NCBI GenBank assembly: GCA_016931955.1 | Contig: JAFGDV010000041.1 | Coordinates: 1 to 35,424, forward strand | Reading direction: 5' to 3' | Source: Candidatus Altiarchaeota archaeon | GTDB taxonomy: Archaea > Altiarchaeota > Altiarchaeia > IMC4 > QMZM01 | DNA length: 35,424 nucleotides | Shown: one piece after another, positions 1-7,766 of the stretch | How positions within the stretch are numbered: the stretch's first letter is position 1 | How the letters are laid out: each line of letters starts with the position of its first letter | Notes under the pieces: generated by a model | Databases searched by the model: none | Told to the model about the DNA's origin: nothing | The model's input: only the letters and a program-made list of their open reading frames with translations | Position numbers and translations under genes: made by a program

Positions 1-52
1 GACGTTCAACCTCCACAAGCAGACCCACAAACAAACCTGCTTAACTATACGT

Positions 53-89
53 GAATACCGCCGACTTCAGTCGGCGGATATTTATTTCA
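53..89 (+). mobile_element. Probable IS200/IS605-family right-end subterminal hairpin (element body would lie left of the window)
   Basis: CCGCCGACT-TC-AGTCGGCGG at 58-77, preceded by GAAT (53-56). It has the same GACTTYAGTC core as the hairpin at 35363-35382. Exact end is uncertain. Confidence 0.55.
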
Positions 90-146
90 TGTCACCTTTT
101 ACTATAAGTGCGTCTAATTCCCGCAGGGACGCATGCTGCACATCCT

Positions 147-340
147 GGATCTGCGAAGCAGATCCCTTTTTCTTTTGGGGTGATGAGGCCTGCTAGCCTC
201 AACTCAGACAAGATGCATAGCATCTTGCTGATGATAGCACTTTTCTTTATAAGGGCACCTTGTGCCCTTATCAACCCCCTCTCCTCTTACGTTTTCTTTT
301 GGGGTGATAGCACTTTTCTTTTTCTAAAAGAAAAGGGCTA
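147..340 (-). repeat. Hairpin-rich repeat trailer downstream of tRNA-Gly
   Basis: Hairpins at 147-165, 185-200, 204-231, 249-271 and 308-340. Direct repeats of 17 bp at 168-184/292-308 and 232-248/305-321. Two 13-mers are shared with the tRNA-Val trailer. Confidence 0.8.
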
Positions 341-414
341 TGCGGCCGCCGAGATTTGAACTCGGGTCGCAAGCTTGGCAAGCTCGAGTGATAACCAGGC
401 TACACTACAGCCGC
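341..414 (-). tRNA. tRNA-Gly (anticodon GCC), intronless, CCA not encoded
   Basis: Reverse complement GCGGCTGTAGTGTAGCCTGGTTATCACTCGAGCTTGCCAAGCTTGCGACCCGAGTTCAAATCTCGGCGGCCGCA folds as a cloverleaf, with anticodon loop TTGCCAA and T-loop GTTCAAAT. Confidence 0.97.
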
Positions 415-466
415 ATGGGTCTGTGTTGGGTACTTATTATGGATGGAATAGATAAATATTGATAGA

Positions 467-1441
467 ATGTATGCTTTAATCCTAGTACCTTTGGTGTCTT
501 TTATCTTAACTTTTCTGTCTACTCCTTGGATTATTCCGAAGCTGGGGAGGGCGGGGTTGACTGGGCGAGACATGAATAAGAGGGATAGGCCAGAGATTCC
601 TGAGATGGGCGGTTTTGGTATTGTCTTTGGTCTTAGTTCTGGAATCTTGTTGGCGGTTGCATTCGTTACCTTCTTTGACTCTATCTTCTCAGGGTTGGAG
701 TTGAGGTTTATTTTCGCTGCACTTTCCACTATTTTGTTGATGTCTTTGATAGGAATATTCGATGATCTCTTTGCGATGCATCAGGCGGTTAAAGCCACTC
801 TGCCTTTGTTTGCTGCGCTGCCTCTTGTTGCGGTTGAAGCCGGGTCATCCACGATGACGATCCCCTTCATAGGTGGTGTGGATTTTGGTATCTTTTATAT
901 ACTCCTCCTGGTTCCCATGGGGGTTGCAGGCGCATCTAATGTCACTAACATGCTCGCCGGCTTCAATGGATTGGAGGCTGGGATGGGTTTCGTAGCCTGC
1001 GCTTCTCTTAGCTTTATAGCCTTTTCATTGGGTGAGTTTGAGGCCTTGATAATCTTACTCGCAATGTGCGGTTCTTTGTTGGCTTTTTTGTTCTATAACC
1101 GGTATCCTGCAAGGGTTTTTATTGGCGATATGGGGACGTTGTCTATTGGCGCGGTTATAGCATCTGCGGTTATCATAGGCGACTTTGAGTCTCTTGGGAT
1201 CATCCTCATCATACCTTATGCATTTGACTTCTTCATCAAGGTGAGGAATAGGTTTCCGTCAAAGAACTGGTGGGGTGTGTTGGAGAGAGGTAAGTTGACC
1301 TGCAGTGGCAGACCTATAAGCCTCTGCCAGTGGATAATGAAGCTCACCGGCGGCATATCTGAGGAAGGGCTTGTGTTGTTGTTGGTGTTTGTTGAAGCAG
1401 TATTTGGTGTTATCGCGATATGTGTTGTTTTAATGAGATAG
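467..1441 (+). CDS. aglH: UDP-GlcNAc:dolichyl-phosphate GlcNAc-1-phosphotransferase (AglH/GPT-like, polyprenyl-phosphate HexNAc-1-P transferase family)
   Basis: Multi-TM protein with motifs DMNK..PEMGG, GIFDD, NMLAGFNGLE, YPARVFIGD.G. Confidence 0.85.
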   Translation: MYALILVPLVSFILTFLSTPWIIPKLGRAGLTGRDMNKRDRPEIPEMGGFGIVFGLSSGILLAVAFVTFFDSIFSGLELRFIFAALSTILLMSLIGIFDDLFAMHQAVKATLPLFAALPLVAVEAGSSTMTIPFIGGVDFGIFYILLLVPMGVAGASNVTNMLAGFNGLEAGMGFVACASLSFIAFSLGEFEALIILLAMCGSLLAFLFYNRYPARVFIGDMGTLSIGAVIASAVIIGDFESLGIILIIPYAFDFFIKVRNRFPSKNWWGVLERGKLTCSGRPISLCQWIMKLTGGISEEGLVLLLVFVEAVFGVIAICVVLMR

Positions 1442-1442
1442 A

Positions 1443-2753
1443 ATGCATGATGTAGTGATTGTTGGGGCGGGGATCAGTGGTCTATTGTCTGCTCTGGCTT
1501 TGGCGAAGGAGGGAAAAAAGGTTCTTGTTCTGGAAAAGAACGATTACGTTGGCGGAGTCTGCAGGTCCTACAAAGTTGATGGCTATCAGGTTGACACCGG
1601 TCCGCATATGATCACGAGGACTGAATCAGGACCGCTCAGGCAATTAATGGATAACTACTTTGATGTTGTGCCAAATTTCGTCCCTCATGGGGGATACTAT
1701 GTGAGACTTAACGGCAGGGTGAAGCCGTTTCCCTGGAATCTCAGGGGGTGGTTTAACTTTGACCTAATACCCCAGATGGATCGCCTCTATCTGCTAAAGA
1801 CCCTGTTCAGCGTCTCTTACATATTTAATTCTGGCAGCGATATGTCGAAGATGTCTTTGGGTGATCTTGTAGGCGAAAACCTAAGCCCTTCAACGATGAG
1901 ATTCCTTAACTGCCTATCCTATTTCATGACAGGCTCTTCGATGAAGGAGACACCTGTTGCTAGATTCTTGGACGCTGAACACTACAAGAGCCAGTCCAAG
2001 AATCTTTTGGATAAACTCTACAACATACTGATGAAGGAGGGCGCTAAAGACCAGATGTATCCTAAAGGTGGTCTGAATTCTCTGATAAACGCAGTCCTTT
2101 CGTCTTTACCTGAAAAGAGGGTCGAGATCAGGAGGGGTGAGGAGGTTCTGAGGATCGAGGGAGATGAGGTAAAGAATGTTGAAACCTCTGTGGATGAATA
2201 CTCCTGCAATACGGTGGTCTACTCAGGTTTTGCATCGGATCTGCCTCAGGTTTTTGATGGCCTGCCAGAGCAATACATGGGGTCTCTTAAAAAGCTTTAC
2301 AAGGTAGATGCGTTAACTGTTTGGCTTGGTCTGGACAAGAGGTTTTTTGCCAGAAAGGGGTCTGAGATATGGGCTGACTCTGATCCTTATACATGGGTTG
2401 TTCCAACATCCAACTATGATCCTTCGCTTGCGCCGAAGGGGAAACAACTGGCTAGTTTTGCCTCCATGTTGCCGAAGGATTGTGACATCGAGAAGGGGAA
2501 AAGGAAGGCGTTAGAGACAATATTCCATATAATGCCTGAAATAGAGGATCACACCGAGATGAGTCACTTCCAGGTTTTGATTCCTGAGAAGGCCGTGCTA
2601 ACGGTTGATACAGTATTCGCTAACGTGAGAACACCAGTTGCAGGATTGTATCTTGTGGGAACAGACACTGAGAGGAGGAGTATGGGGGTAACTCGGGCAT
2701 CGTATTCCGTATTGAATCTGTTGTCTGCTCTCGGAGAGGATGGAATCCTCTAG
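1443..2753 (+). CDS. FAD-dependent oxidoreductase, phytoene desaturase-like
   Basis: N-terminal GAGISG..LEK..GG.CRS..DTGPH; YPKGG; DPSLAPKGK; C-terminal GLYLVG. Confidence 0.8.
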   Translation: MHDVVIVGAGISGLLSALALAKEGKKVLVLEKNDYVGGVCRSYKVDGYQVDTGPHMITRTESGPLRQLMDNYFDVVPNFVPHGGYYVRLNGRVKPFPWNLRGWFNFDLIPQMDRLYLLKTLFSVSYIFNSGSDMSKMSLGDLVGENLSPSTMRFLNCLSYFMTGSSMKETPVARFLDAEHYKSQSKNLLDKLYNILMKEGAKDQMYPKGGLNSLINAVLSSLPEKRVEIRRGEEVLRIEGDEVKNVETSVDEYSCNTVVYSGFASDLPQVFDGLPEQYMGSLKKLYKVDALTVWLGLDKRFFARKGSEIWADSDPYTWVVPTSNYDPSLAPKGKQLASFASMLPKDCDIEKGKRKALETIFHIMPEIEDHTEMSHFQVLIPEKAVLTVDTVFANVRTPVAGLYLVGTDTERRSMGVTRASYSVLNLLSALGEDGIL

Positions 2754-3752
2754 CTATTGTAGTATATCCAGTATGTCGGAGAAGAGGGAGCTTGCGGTCT
2801 CTATCCTACCTGCGCCGTGACCTATGACCGTTATGTTTTTCGCAACGTCTGTGTTGATCATAACAGCATTGAGGGTGCCTGAAACATTCAGCGGGTGGTT
2901 TACTGGAACCAGCCGCGGCGAGACCTTTAATCCGTTTACGTCCCCGATCAGTTTTACCACCGAATTGTGTTTCTGTGCGAGTTCGATGGCTTCAGCAGTC
3001 ACATCCTCTATGCCTGTCACGTCTATGTCACTGAAGGAGACGTCCATGTCCATCATGGAGTTTGCTAGGATAACGACCTTTGCTCCCGTATCTATGCCTT
3101 CTATGTCATAGCTTGGATCTGCTTCCATGATCCCAAGATTTTTAGCCTCCTTTAATACGGCTTCCATGGAAACGCCCTCATCTGCCATCTTGCTCAGGAC
3201 GTAATTGCTTGTGCCGTTCAATATGCCGTGGATTGATTCTATCTTGTTGATCTGCAGGCAGTGTTTCTTCAGGTTTATTATCGGCAGCACCCCTCCAACG
3301 GTTGCTTCGTATTTCAACTCCACGTGATTGTCTCCCGCGAGTTTCCGCAGTTCTGAGAATTTGACTGCAAGAGGCGCCTTGTTTGATGTAACGACGTGTT
3401 TTCCCTTCTTCAGGGATTCCCTTATGTGGCTGAGCCCGGGTTGCCCGGTTTTTATGTCTGAGGGGGTTAATTCAAGGACGATGTCTGATCCGATCTCTTT
3501 TATGGCTTCAAGGGACTTCATGGTGTTCCAGTCATCGTGTTCGTTCAGTTTTTTTTCCGCCGCCAGCGTGAGCGCCTTCTCCAGGTTAACGCCTTCTTCG
3601 TTTACAACACTGCCGTCTATTTCGCAAACGGCTGAGACCTTCAGGTTTATCCCATAGTTTTTCTCCAGGAATCTTTGTTTCTTCAAAAGGACTTCAGCAA
3701 AGCCTTTACCCACCGCCCCGAAACCGATTATTGTAAGCCTTACGTCTTTCAT
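2754..3752 (-). CDS. hom: Homoserine dehydrogenase
   Basis: GFGAVG; VVTSNK; YEATVGG.LP; GILNGTSNY; EADPSYDIEG.D..AK; GHGAG. Confidence 0.95.
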   Translation of the reverse strand: MKDVRLTIIGFGAVGKGFAEVLLKKQRFLEKNYGINLKVSAVCEIDGSVVNEEGVNLEKALTLAAEKKLNEHDDWNTMKSLEAIKEIGSDIVLELTPSDIKTGQPGLSHIRESLKKGKHVVTSNKAPLAVKFSELRKLAGDNHVELKYEATVGGVLPIINLKKHCLQINKIESIHGILNGTSNYVLSKMADEGVSMEAVLKEAKNLGIMEADPSYDIEGIDTGAKVVILANSMMDMDVSFSDIDVTGIEDVTAEAIELAQKHNSVVKLIGDVNGLKVSPRLVPVNHPLNVSGTLNAVMINTDVAKNITVIGHGAGRIETASSLFSDILDILQ

Positions 3753-3753
3753 C

Positions 3754-4242
3754 TTACAGAGACCTTATCGCGAGGAACTTTTTTTCTTTGCAGATGTCTT
3801 TGATGATGTTATTTAATCTCTCGAGTTTTCCGTTGTCTACGTCGATGTTCATCATCACCGAGGACTTTTCCTCTGGTGTGGGCATTATAACGTCCATGGA
3901 AGAGACCAGACCCAACTTGTTTATCCTGTCGACTGTGTCCTGTATATCTTTGTCGATTACGTGCCCCACAAGTATTATGGAGAGGCTCTTCTTTGAATAA
4001 TATTGTTTACCCTCCACGAGAATCTCAGATAAACGCACCTTGTGTTTTCCCAGGTCTTTCTTTATGAGGTCGAGTGATTCATGATCCCTTATGGTGAAGC
4101 CTATCTCCACAACTACTAGGTCTTTCTCTCCTCTCGAATGCAACACGCTTATGATGTTCCCCCCATGTAGGGAGATGGGCTCCAGCACCCTGAGCAGGCT
4201 TCCAGGAACGTCCTTGAGTTCCAGCCTCATGTCTACCTTCAT
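3754..4242 (-). CDS. ACT-domain protein, archaeal allosteric partner of homoserine dehydrogenase
   Basis: LKDVPGSL..L...GGNIIS ACT start; GHVIDKD..DT; lies 1 nt upstream of hom. Confidence 0.85.
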   Translation of the reverse strand: MKVDMRLELKDVPGSLLRVLEPISLHGGNIISVLHSRGEKDLVVVEIGFTIRDHESLDLIKKDLGKHKVRLSEILVEGKQYYSKKSLSIILVGHVIDKDIQDTVDRINKLGLVSSMDVIMPTPEEKSSVMMNIDVDNGKLERLNNIIKDICKEKKFLAIRSL

Positions 4243-4287
4243 TTTTCAGTTGATATGGATACTATTAGGATTTATTCTTAAAAGAAA

Positions 4288-4764
4288 TCAGCATTCTTCT
4301 GTTCCTTGTTTCTTTTTCAGGTCTATGTGTGATATGATGACTCCGGCATCCCTTAGTATCTGCAAACCTTCTCTGTCTGTGTATTCGCCGCTGACAACAA
4401 CCCTCTTTATGCCTGAGTTAACTATTAGTCTTGCGCAGATCTTGCAGGGGAACGCGTTCAAGTACAGCGTACAGTTCAGGCTGTTTCTGCCTGCCTGGAT
4501 GAGGGCGTTCTGTTCAGCGTGCACCCCGGGGCAGACTTCATGTCCTGTACCGCTTTTTATGTTGTTTTTGTCTTTCACGCACCCCACTTCAAGGCAGTGA
4601 GGCGCACCCCTTACGACGCCGTTGTAGCCTGTCGCGACTATCTCATGTTTTTCGTTGACGATCACTGCCCCAAACTGGTGTCTGATGCATGTCGACCTTA
4701 AAGCGACATCCCGGGCAATCCTCGAGAAATACTCATCCCAGGTCGGTCTTTCGTGTATCTCCAT
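4288..4764 (-). CDS. dCMP deaminase (ComEB-like)
   Basis: RPTWDEYF; RSTC; GYNG; HAEQNA; PCKIC zinc motif. Confidence 0.92.
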   Translation of the reverse strand: MEIHERPTWDEYFSRIARDVALRSTCIRHQFGAVIVNEKHEIVATGYNGVVRGAPHCLEVGCVKDKNNIKSGTGHEVCPGVHAEQNALIQAGRNSLNCTLYLNAFPCKICARLIVNSGIKRVVVSGEYTDREGLQILRDAGVIISHIDLKKKQGTEEC

Positions 4765-4827
4765 TCTCTGCTTTAATTATTTATTTTTTATCTAAAAATT
4801 GGAATAATATGTTGTGGTGAAATTAAA

Positions 4828-5217
4828 ATGGAGAAGAAGATCGGAACCATAAAGGATTTGAAGGAAGGCAAGTACGTGATCATCGACAACGAGCCTTGTA
4901 GGGTCGTAGGTGTCACACATTCTAAGCCCGGGAAGCATGGTGGGGCTAAGGCGAGGCTTGATGCTATTGGCATCTTCGACGGCCAGAAGAGGAACCTGAT
5001 GGGGCCAGTGGACAGCAACGTTGAAATACCGATAATCAACAAAAAGAATGCTCAGGTCTTGAATGTTATTGGGGGCACTGCCCAGCTCATGGATATGACG
5101 ACCTATGAAACCTTTGAGCTGCCTGTGCCTGATGAATTGAAGGGGCAGTTGGCTGAGGGTATTGAGGTGCTCTACATGGAGTCCATGGGGAAGAGGCTTA
5201 TCCTGAGGACCCAGTAA
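4828..5217 (+). CDS. eif5a: Translation factor aIF5A/eIF5A
   Basis: Hypusine motif SKPGKHGGAK; QLMD..TYETFE; GGTGA SD upstream. Confidence 0.96.
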   Translation: MEKKIGTIKDLKEGKYVIIDNEPCRVVGVTHSKPGKHGGAKARLDAIGIFDGQKRNLMGPVDSNVEIPIINKKNAQVLNVIGGTAQLMDMTTYETFELPVPDELKGQLAEGIEVLYMESMGKRLILRTQ

Positions 5218-5220
5218 TGT

Positions 5221-7266
5221 ATGATGGAAAATAAACTCTTCTTGCTTCTTGTTTTGTTTTTGATTGGCTGCTGCTCTGCGAAGACATATTCCCCGTTGGA
5301 ACAGCGGTGGTCTTATCCCCTGAAATCTGATGGGATATATATGATAGACGCTGACAAGGACGGTTTGCTTGAATTGTATGTGGTCTCGTATGAGAAGCGC
5401 AGGAGTTGTATCTATTCCTTCAACTACGAGGGAAAAAACCTTAGGATGGAGTGTTTTTCTGGGTACAGTAAACCCCAGTATCCTCACGCCAGCGAAGAGA
5501 TCACCTTGGTCTACGTTGAGGATATGAACAATGACGCTGTCCTTGATGTATTAGCGGCTTCAAGCATTACGGGCACTAGCGTGAACGTAAAGAAACTCTA
5601 TGTCATAAAGAGGGAGTATGTGCGAGGATTAAACCGATACGAGTATGATCTTAAGTGGGATTTCAATGCGGGGGGCGTTGTAACCGATATCAAAACAGCA
5701 GATGTCAACGGCGATGGCTGGGATGAGATACTGGCGTCTTCTCTGGATGCTAAGGTCTATGTATTCGGTCAGGACAGGGAGCTGAAGTATTCCATCGCAC
5801 TCAGGGGTGGGGTCTGGGGTATTGATGCATCTGACATGGAAGGTGATGGCATGGTTGAGATAGCAGCCGGCTTTGCTTCGGGTATCTCCCTCATCAAAGG
5901 CAGGAGGGTTTTGTGGAACTACAGCACTGGTGAGCGAATATCTGATGTTTTTGTTGGAGACCTTAATGGTGACAACATCTCTGAGATCCTCGCCCTCTCA
6001 GGGGGTCAGATTTACGTCTTGGATATAAATGGGACGCTTCTCTGGAGTAAGCGAATGGAAGACCTCGTTGATTCATGGATCAAGGACGTGGATAATGATG
6101 GCAGAATGGATATCCTTTTGTTGACTGAGGAATCCTTGTATTCGCTTGACGGGGAGGGAGATATACAGTGGAGGTACTCATTCGATGAGCTGTCCCTTGC
6201 TTTGAGCATCGATTTCTACAACAACATATTCGTGGGAACATTAAGTGGAGTACATCACTTCGTGGTCGACCAGGATTTTTTGCTTAATGAGAAAGCAGAA
6301 GAAGCCCATTCTAAAGCATACAGCCTCTACATTGGGGGTAACTATTCTGGGGCGCGTTTTTATGCTTCCATGGCTCAGAGGATGTTTCAGATGGTCGATA
6401 ACACGGAGGGCGTTCTTAGATGTGAGTTCATATTCCTCGTCACCGAGAATTCTTCGGCAGTGGATAAGAGGGAGAAGGCAGAGGAGTATTACGAAAATGC
6501 GGCTGATTTTCTTGCTGTGAACTCCTTCGACGACGCCAGATACTATGCTGAGACTGCCTTGGATATCTTCCTGGGGATTAACGACAAGAACAGCGCCATG
6601 AAATGTAATCTTCTGTTATTGGATATAAATAGGAAAGAAAAGGAGTTGAAGAAGAGCAATGCATTTAGAAACTACAACAGTGCGTTGGATTATCTCTCGC
6701 AGAATATGTTCGATAAGGCCTCACTGCACGCATATGAGGCGTTAAGGCTTTACACTGAACTGAATGATAGCGATGGAATTGCAGATTGCGGGTCTCTGCT
6801 GGATGGGCTAATATTAAAGGAGAAGAGACATAAAGCAGACTCCCTCTATAATCTATCCCTTCAGTCGTTTGATCTGGAAGCCTACGAGAACGCATCGATT
6901 TATGCCGACGAGGCGAAAGAGCTATACCTTGAATTGGGGGAGGAGAAGGCTGCTGCTGGGTGTGATTCTCTGCTCAACCTGTCTGAGAGATACATTGAGA
7001 TAGCTCTATATTACGATTTCGCATTAGAGCAGTATCGTTCTGCTCATATGGAGAACGCCACACTCTACGCAAAAAAAGCGAAGGCCATCTACGAGGAACT
7101 GAATGATTCTAAGGGGGTTGAACGCTGTGTCTTCTTACTATCTCAGATAGAGGAATCAAAGAGGAACGCCTTCTTGGATTACCTGATTCTAGCAGCCCCC
7201 ATCCTGTTTTTCGTAATACTCATAGTCGTGATACACCTTAGGAGAAGAAAACAGGAGTGGAATTAG
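5221..7266 (+). CDS. Membrane-anchored surface protein: FG-GAP/VCBS-like beta-propeller plus TPR-like helical repeats
   Basis: Signal-peptide-like N-terminus; six Dx[DN]xD[GAN]-type loops (DADKDG, DMNNDA, DVNGDG, DMEGDG, DLNGDN, DVDNDG); five helical repeats; C-terminal TM followed by RRRK. Confidence 0.8.
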   Translation: MMENKLFLLLVLFLIGCCSAKTYSPLEQRWSYPLKSDGIYMIDADKDGLLELYVVSYEKRRSCIYSFNYEGKNLRMECFSGYSKPQYPHASEEITLVYVEDMNNDAVLDVLAASSITGTSVNVKKLYVIKREYVRGLNRYEYDLKWDFNAGGVVTDIKTADVNGDGWDEILASSLDAKVYVFGQDRELKYSIALRGGVWGIDASDMEGDGMVEIAAGFASGISLIKGRRVLWNYSTGERISDVFVGDLNGDNISEILALSGGQIYVLDINGTLLWSKRMEDLVDSWIKDVDNDGRMDILLLTEESLYSLDGEGDIQWRYSFDELSLALSIDFYNNIFVGTLSGVHHFVVDQDFLLNEKAEEAHSKAYSLYIGGNYSGARFYASMAQRMFQMVDNTEGVLRCEFIFLVTENSSAVDKREKAEEYYENAADFLAVNSFDDARYYAETALDIFLGINDKNSAMKCNLLLLDINRKEKELKKSNAFRNYNSALDYLSQNMFDKASLHAYEALRLYTELNDSDGIADCGSLLDGLILKEKRHKADSLYNLSLQSFDLEAYENASIYADEAKELYLELGEEKAAAGCDSLLNLSERYIEIALYYDFALEQYRSAHMENATLYAKKAKAIYEELNDSKGVERCVFLLSQIEESKRNAFLDYLILAAPILFFVILIVVIHLRRRKQEWN

Positions 7267-7730
7267 AGCGGGATTCCCAGGTAGTGCAGCATTACTATGA
7301 ATATCACCCCAGGGATTCCAAAGACTGCTGTTATGATCAATGCCAGTATTGTTATCTGGATCCCCACCCCTAAGACGTGGATCAATATTAGGAGCAGCAG
7401 TATCCCCACTATCGTGTTAATCATGAAGTGTTTTCCCATGCCCCACAGTTTTGCTATCACAGCCATTACGGCAAAGAACACAGCGAGGTAGAAGAGCCAG
7501 TAAAGGCTTCTTATCCAGGGGAAAAAACCAGCTATAGGGCCCAGAGGATCGCCGGCAAATGATTCCTCCAAACCCGGGAAAAGACCGAAGACGAACCCCG
7601 CTATAACGTCTACTAGGGACTTCATCGCATTAAAGAAGTCGTCTATTAGCGGCTTCAAAAGATCCTCCCCGGAGGCCGTTGAAATCAACACTATGATAAG
7701 TAGCGATAAAGCCAGTTTCTTGTTTTCCAT
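7263..7730 (-). CDS. Membrane protein with C-terminal BofA-like (pro-sigmaK processing inhibitor) segment
   Basis: INTIVG.LLL....GV.I.I...A.FGIPGV pattern; N-terminal hydrophobic extension. Confidence 0.65.
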   Translation of the reverse strand: MENKKLALSLLIIVLISTASGEDLLKPLIDDFFNAMKSLVDVIAGFVFGLFPGLEESFAGDPLGPIAGFFPWIRSLYWLFYLAVFFAVMAVIAKLWGMGKHFMINTIVGILLLLILIHVLGVGIQITILALIITAVFGIPGVIFIVMLHYLGIPL

Positions 7731-7766
7731 CCTAATCCCAATACTTGTTTTATTGACATAAATACG

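Noticed and set aside
180-231. Box C/D sRNA (GTGATGA at 180-186, CTGA at 228-231, 52 nt)
   Set aside because: No convincing internal D'/C' boxes, and both would-be guides are locked in self-hairpins. The boxes are explained by the TGAT duplication. Not fully excluded without an rRNA/tRNA complementarity search.
228-260. Hammerhead ribozyme core (CTGATGA)
   Set aside because: No downstream stem II plus GAAA in the required arrangement.
147-340. CRISPR array in the tRNA trailers
   Set aside because: Repeats are only two-copy, irregularly spaced and partly inverted; no cas genes in the window.
92-359. ORFs 92..274 (-) and 108..359 (+)
   Set aside because: They run through hairpin repeats (the + ORF also overlaps the tRNA) and show no protein-like features.
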